Shown here: positions 34,177 to 36,454 of the stretch, piece after piece
How positions within the stretch are numbered: position 1 is the stretch's first letter
Layout: every line of letters starts with the position of its first letter
Virus record (IMG/VR): IMGVR_UViG_3300045988_081733
Coordinates: 1 to 36,454 of that record
Strand: one strand, 5' to 3'
Length of the DNA stretch: 36,454 nt
DNA from: a virus
The notes under the pieces: model-generated
The model's database searches: none
The model's input: only the letters and a program-made list of their open reading frames with translations
What the model was told of the DNA's origin: nothing
Position numbers and translations under genes: made by a program

Positions 34177-34326
34177 ATGAACAGACAAAACCTTTTGAAC
34201 GTCTATGAAACTATTAATCACATTGCCCGCAATCATGAAAAGAGGGGGCGCGACTGCTCTGATTGGTTCTATTCAAACGCAGAGTTTGAAGAACTCAAAA
34301 AGAGCAATCGGAACACGATATTGTAA
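34177..34326 (+). CDS. Small hypothetical protein (49 aa, MNRQNLLNVYETINHIARNHEKRGRDCSDWFYSNAEFEELKKSNRNTIL)
   Basis: Translated by hand. RBS GAGGT 7 nt upstream, and its own terminator follows immediately downstream. Confidence 0.45.
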   Translation: MNRQNLLNVYETINHIARNHEKRGRDCSDWFYSNAEFEELKKSNRNTIL

Positions 34327-34331
34327 TTCGG

Positions 34332-34355
34332 GGATTGCTTTGCAATCCTCTTTTT
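34332..34355 (+). terminator. Hairpin GGATTGC-TTT-GCAATCC followed by TCTTTTT. It overlaps the stop codon of the convergent repressor gene.
   Basis: Seen directly in the sequence. Confidence 0.6.
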
Positions 34356-34677
34356 ACTTTAGTTTCAGATATAGTTTCATGATTTCTTCATATATATCGC
34401 GCTTTTCTTCTGCTGAAATATCATCGTTTTCAAACACGGCTTTTGCCCTGCTGACTACGTCAAATAATTCATCTTTTGAAGCAACCCCGAAATAATCAAG
34501 GCTAACCCCGTAAAATTCAGAAAAACGCTTCAGATCGTTCAGGTTCGGTGTCCTTCGTCCGATTTCATAATTTGAGATTGTCGCACGATTCAAGCCGAGT
34601 TTTTCAGCAAGTTGATCTTGCGTCAGCTTGCGTCCCTTGCGCAGAATTTTCAGCTTTGCGCCGATACTACTGTTCAT
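34354..34677 (-). CDS. CI-like XRE-family repressor
   Basis: KLKILRKGRKLTQDQLAEKLGLNRATISNYEIGRRTP is an HTH_3 motif. The gene is divergent from the early promoter and lies next to the integrase gene. Confidence 0.85.
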   Translation of the reverse strand: MNSSIGAKLKILRKGRKLTQDQLAEKLGLNRATISNYEIGRRTPNLNDLKRFSEFYGVSLDYFGVASKDELFDVVSRAKAVFENDDISAEEKRDIYEEIMKLYLKLK

Positions 34678-34822
34678 TATTTTGTCACTTCCTTTTCATT
34701 CTTTTCGCAAATATCGAAACTATCATGATTTGTGTCACATTGTTTCAATGCTTAATCATAATATCACAATTTATTTGCATATGGCAACAATTTGTATCAT
34801 TTTTGCGGAAAATATGCTGTCA

Positions 34823-34977
34823 ATTTGTGCATACCATAGAAAATACATTTTGTCAACAAAAAGATGACAAAATGTATTGACAATGCGGTGAAAACCTGAT
34901 ATAATTATATACGTAAAAGAGAGATACCCCGCAGGGTATTCAAACGAAGCTGTGACAGCGGCTGAACGGTCAGAAAG
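34823..34977 (+). repeat. Duplicated operator/promoter/leader cassette, second genomic copy
   Basis: 34844..34977 matches 1..134 at 132 of 134 positions. About 20 further nt of weaker similarity lie upstream, compared with 36355..36375. Confidence 0.9.
34844..34905 (+). promoter_or_regulatory. Early operator plus consensus promoter (copy adjacent to the repressor gene)
   Basis: Identical to 1..62. Confidence 0.8.
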
Positions 34978-34987
34978 GCAAGCAAAA

Positions 34988-35251
34988 ATGAAAAACGGAG
35001 AAATGAAAACATTAAGAGAGTGGATAGCGGAACTGAAGATCATCCCCGTCAAGTACACATTCAGCGAGACGGGCAGAACATACGATATGTATAAAAGCGA
35101 AGTCAAGAAAGACCGCAACGGATATATTGACATTTTCAAAAAAGGCGGTTACGGGCTCGGACATGACGAAATAGAAAGTCATCTTGACAACGTGTTCTTC
35201 GTTCAGAACGCCGACATTCATGACGCAAAACTTACTGAAAAATTTTGGTGA
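34988..35251 (+). CDS. Hypothetical early protein (87 aa)
   Basis: First ATG after the shared leader RBS (AGAAAGG). Confidence 0.55.
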   Translation: MKNGEMKTLREWIAELKIIPVKYTFSETGRTYDMYKSEVKKDRNGYIDIFKKGGYGLGHDEIESHLDNVFFVQNADIHDAKLTEKFW

Positions 35252-35264
35252 TATAGCAAGCCGA

Positions 35265-35286
35265 GCGGGGGCGGCGAATCCCCCGC
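35265..35286 (+). promoter_or_regulatory. GC-rich intercistronic hairpin GCGGGGG-N8-CCCCCGC
   Basis: Part of a repeat of about 35 nt shared with 35749..35784. Confidence 0.6.
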
Positions 35287-35301
35287 AGAAAGGTTCGAAA
35301 A

Positions 35302-35745
35302 ATGGCACAGATTAAAAGCGTGAGATTTGACAAAGCAGGGCGAAACAGCGGCTGTGTTTGCGACAAGTGCGGTCAGTACATAATGAACATTTGGACAGTG
35401 CAATACAGTGACGGCGTGTCGCTTCATTACGGAATTGATTGCTTTGAAAAGCTATGTAAAAGCGGCAAGTTAACCCGTTACGGTGAAAAGCTAATGCGCA
35501 ACACATTGAAGCAAATCGCATTTTACAGCGAACAGTTGAAAATGTGGGAAACCATAACGGAAGAAGAAGCCGAAGAAAAAGGACTGCTTGTTGATCTGAA
35601 GGTCACAGATTGGAATTCGTCTTATTGGGCGGGGAAAACCTTTGAAGAATATAAAAACTGGATGGTTAATGAATTTTTTCCCGCACGCCTTGCGTATTGT
35701 CAAAAAGATATTGATCGGTTCGCAAAAGTAAATTTCACAAGATAA
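35302..35745 (+). CDS. Hypothetical early protein with an N-terminal Cys motif (147 aa)
   Basis: RBS AGAAAGG. CVCDKCGQ...CFEKLC. Confidence 0.6.
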   Translation: MAQIKSVRFDKAGRNSGCVCDKCGQYIMNIWTVQYSDGVSLHYGIDCFEKLCKSGKLTRYGEKLMRNTLKQIAFYSEQLKMWETITEEEAEEKGLLVDLKVTDWNSSYWAGKTFEEYKNWMVNEFFPARLAYCQKDIDRFAKVNFTR

Positions 35746-35756
35746 TCAAAAGCCGA

Positions 35757-35777
35757 GCGGGGGCGGCAAATCCCCGC
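35757..35777 (+). promoter_or_regulatory. GC-rich intercistronic hairpin GCGGGG-N-CCCCGC
   Basis: Paralog of 35265..35286. Followed by RBS AGAGAGGGA. Confidence 0.6.
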
Positions 35778-35792
35778 AGAGAGGGAAGAAAA

Positions 35793-36020
35793 ATGAAGCT
35801 GTATTATAAAGTAATTTTCAAGGCAACAAGAACGCTTTTGAGCGGGGCAGAAAAGACCGAAACAAAGGTCGTATTTATTCCGCGATACAATGCGTCAAAT
35901 CGTCACGTAAATGTCGAAATGCGCGTCAAAATCGGCACTGACGAACTGAAAGCACGTCACTATTATAATATCCAATATATCGAAACCGTTACCGCGAACG
36001 ATATTATTGTTGACTGCTGA
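35793..36020 (+). CDS. Hypothetical early protein (75 aa)
   Basis: RBS AGAGAGGGAAG 5 nt upstream of the ATG. Confidence 0.6.
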   Translation: MKLYYKVIFKATRTLLSGAEKTETKVVFIPRYNASNRHVNVEMRVKIGTDELKARHYYNIQYIETVTANDIIVDC

Positions 36021-36066
36021 AAAAGTGCGCTGTGACATCGGCGAGACGGTCAGAGAGGGAAAGAAA

Positions 36067-36303
36067 GTGAAATACTATTCGGAAACATACTTTCGGGCGA
36101 AAATGATTGACGGAAGCGGGCAATTGATTGATTACTTCAAGACAAAAGAAGAAGCAGAACGCGCGATCGAAAAAGAAAATCAGTCTGAAATGAACCGCGC
36201 ACATACGCCGACACGGTACATTGTTTGTCAGATCGACAGAACGCGCGTTTTCGATGATAACGGGGTGTTCTGCTGTGACAGCATGATAACGCGCAGGATC
36301 TGA
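36067..36303 (+). CDS. Hypothetical early protein (78 aa)
   Basis: The GTG at 36067 follows AGAGAGGGA by 6 nt. The longer 36007 start has no RBS. Confidence 0.5.
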   Translation: MKYYSETYFRAKMIDGSGQLIDYFKTKEEAERAIEKENQSEMNRAHTPTRYIVCQIDRTRVFDDNGVFCCDSMITRRI

Positions 36304-36375
36304 AAATAGCAAAGTACACAATTTGCATAACAATATAAATCTATTTAATTATTTATTTGTGCATATCATAGAAAG

Positions 36376-36454
36376 TACATTTTGTCAACAAAAAGATGAC
36401 AAAATGTATTGACAATGCGGTGAAAACCTGATATAATTATATACGTAAAAGAGA
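36376..36454 (+). repeat. Exact repeat of nt 1..79 (operator plus promoter), marking a circular closure or terminal redundancy
   Basis: 79 of 79 positions identical to the window start. Confidence 0.95.

Noticed and set aside
34205-34495. 96-aa + strand ORF overlapping the 3' end of the repressor gene
   Set aside because: It is antisense to the well-supported XRE repressor, runs straight through a terminator hairpin and has no RBS. The 49-aa ORF 34177..34326 in another frame fits the signals better.

Overview
The window reads as one complete temperate siphovirus-type phage genome. I saw no host genes, tRNA, rRNA or CRISPR array. The last 79 nt (36376..36454) repeat nt 1..79 exactly, which implies a circular or terminally redundant unit of 36375 bp. 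All genes are on the + strand except a large serine integrase (32266..34113) and a CI-like XRE repressor (34354..34677). Ribosome-binding sites (AGAGGG/GGAGG), frequent ATGA overlaps and the gene families suggest a Firmicutes (Clostridia-like) host, but that is inference only.

Modules, starting from the immunity region:
- Two tandem copies, 1.53 kb apart, of a near-identical operator, consensus promoter and leader cassette (34844.. and 36376../1..). They drive small early genes and a Cro-like HTH gene.
- A replication and recombination block: SSB, replisome organizer, G39P-like helicase loader, MazG, RusA and a PAPS-reductase-like PP-loop protein.
- A run of small unknown genes.
- A late promoter followed by a structured, terminator-ended leader (9077..9207).
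- A late operon that begins with an HTH TerS-like gene, a tail-fibre-like beta-propeller protein, an amidase/SH3 endolysin and an HNH/P-loop fusion.
- A 300-bp A-tract-rich non-coding region (13092..13390), which is a candidate cos site.
- P27-like TerS, a ParB-like protein, a C5-cytosine DNA methyltransferase and a CmoA-like protein, then TerL.
- HK97-type portal, protease and capsid, connectors, major tail protein, an A118-type holin-like gene, G/GT chaperones with a -1 frameshift, and the tape measure.
- Dit, a GH25/Gp37-like tail lysin fusion and a tail fibre, followed by a terminator and a candidate attP.

The most interesting signal is the pair at 14357..16113. A Dcm-like methyltransferase has Arg in place of the motif X Asn. 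It is translationally coupled to a CmoA (carboxy-SAM synthase) homolog, and the window contains no CmoB. I read this as a candidate natural 5-carboxymethylcytosine DNA-modification module.

All homology calls rest on by-eye motif recognition. No database search was possible.
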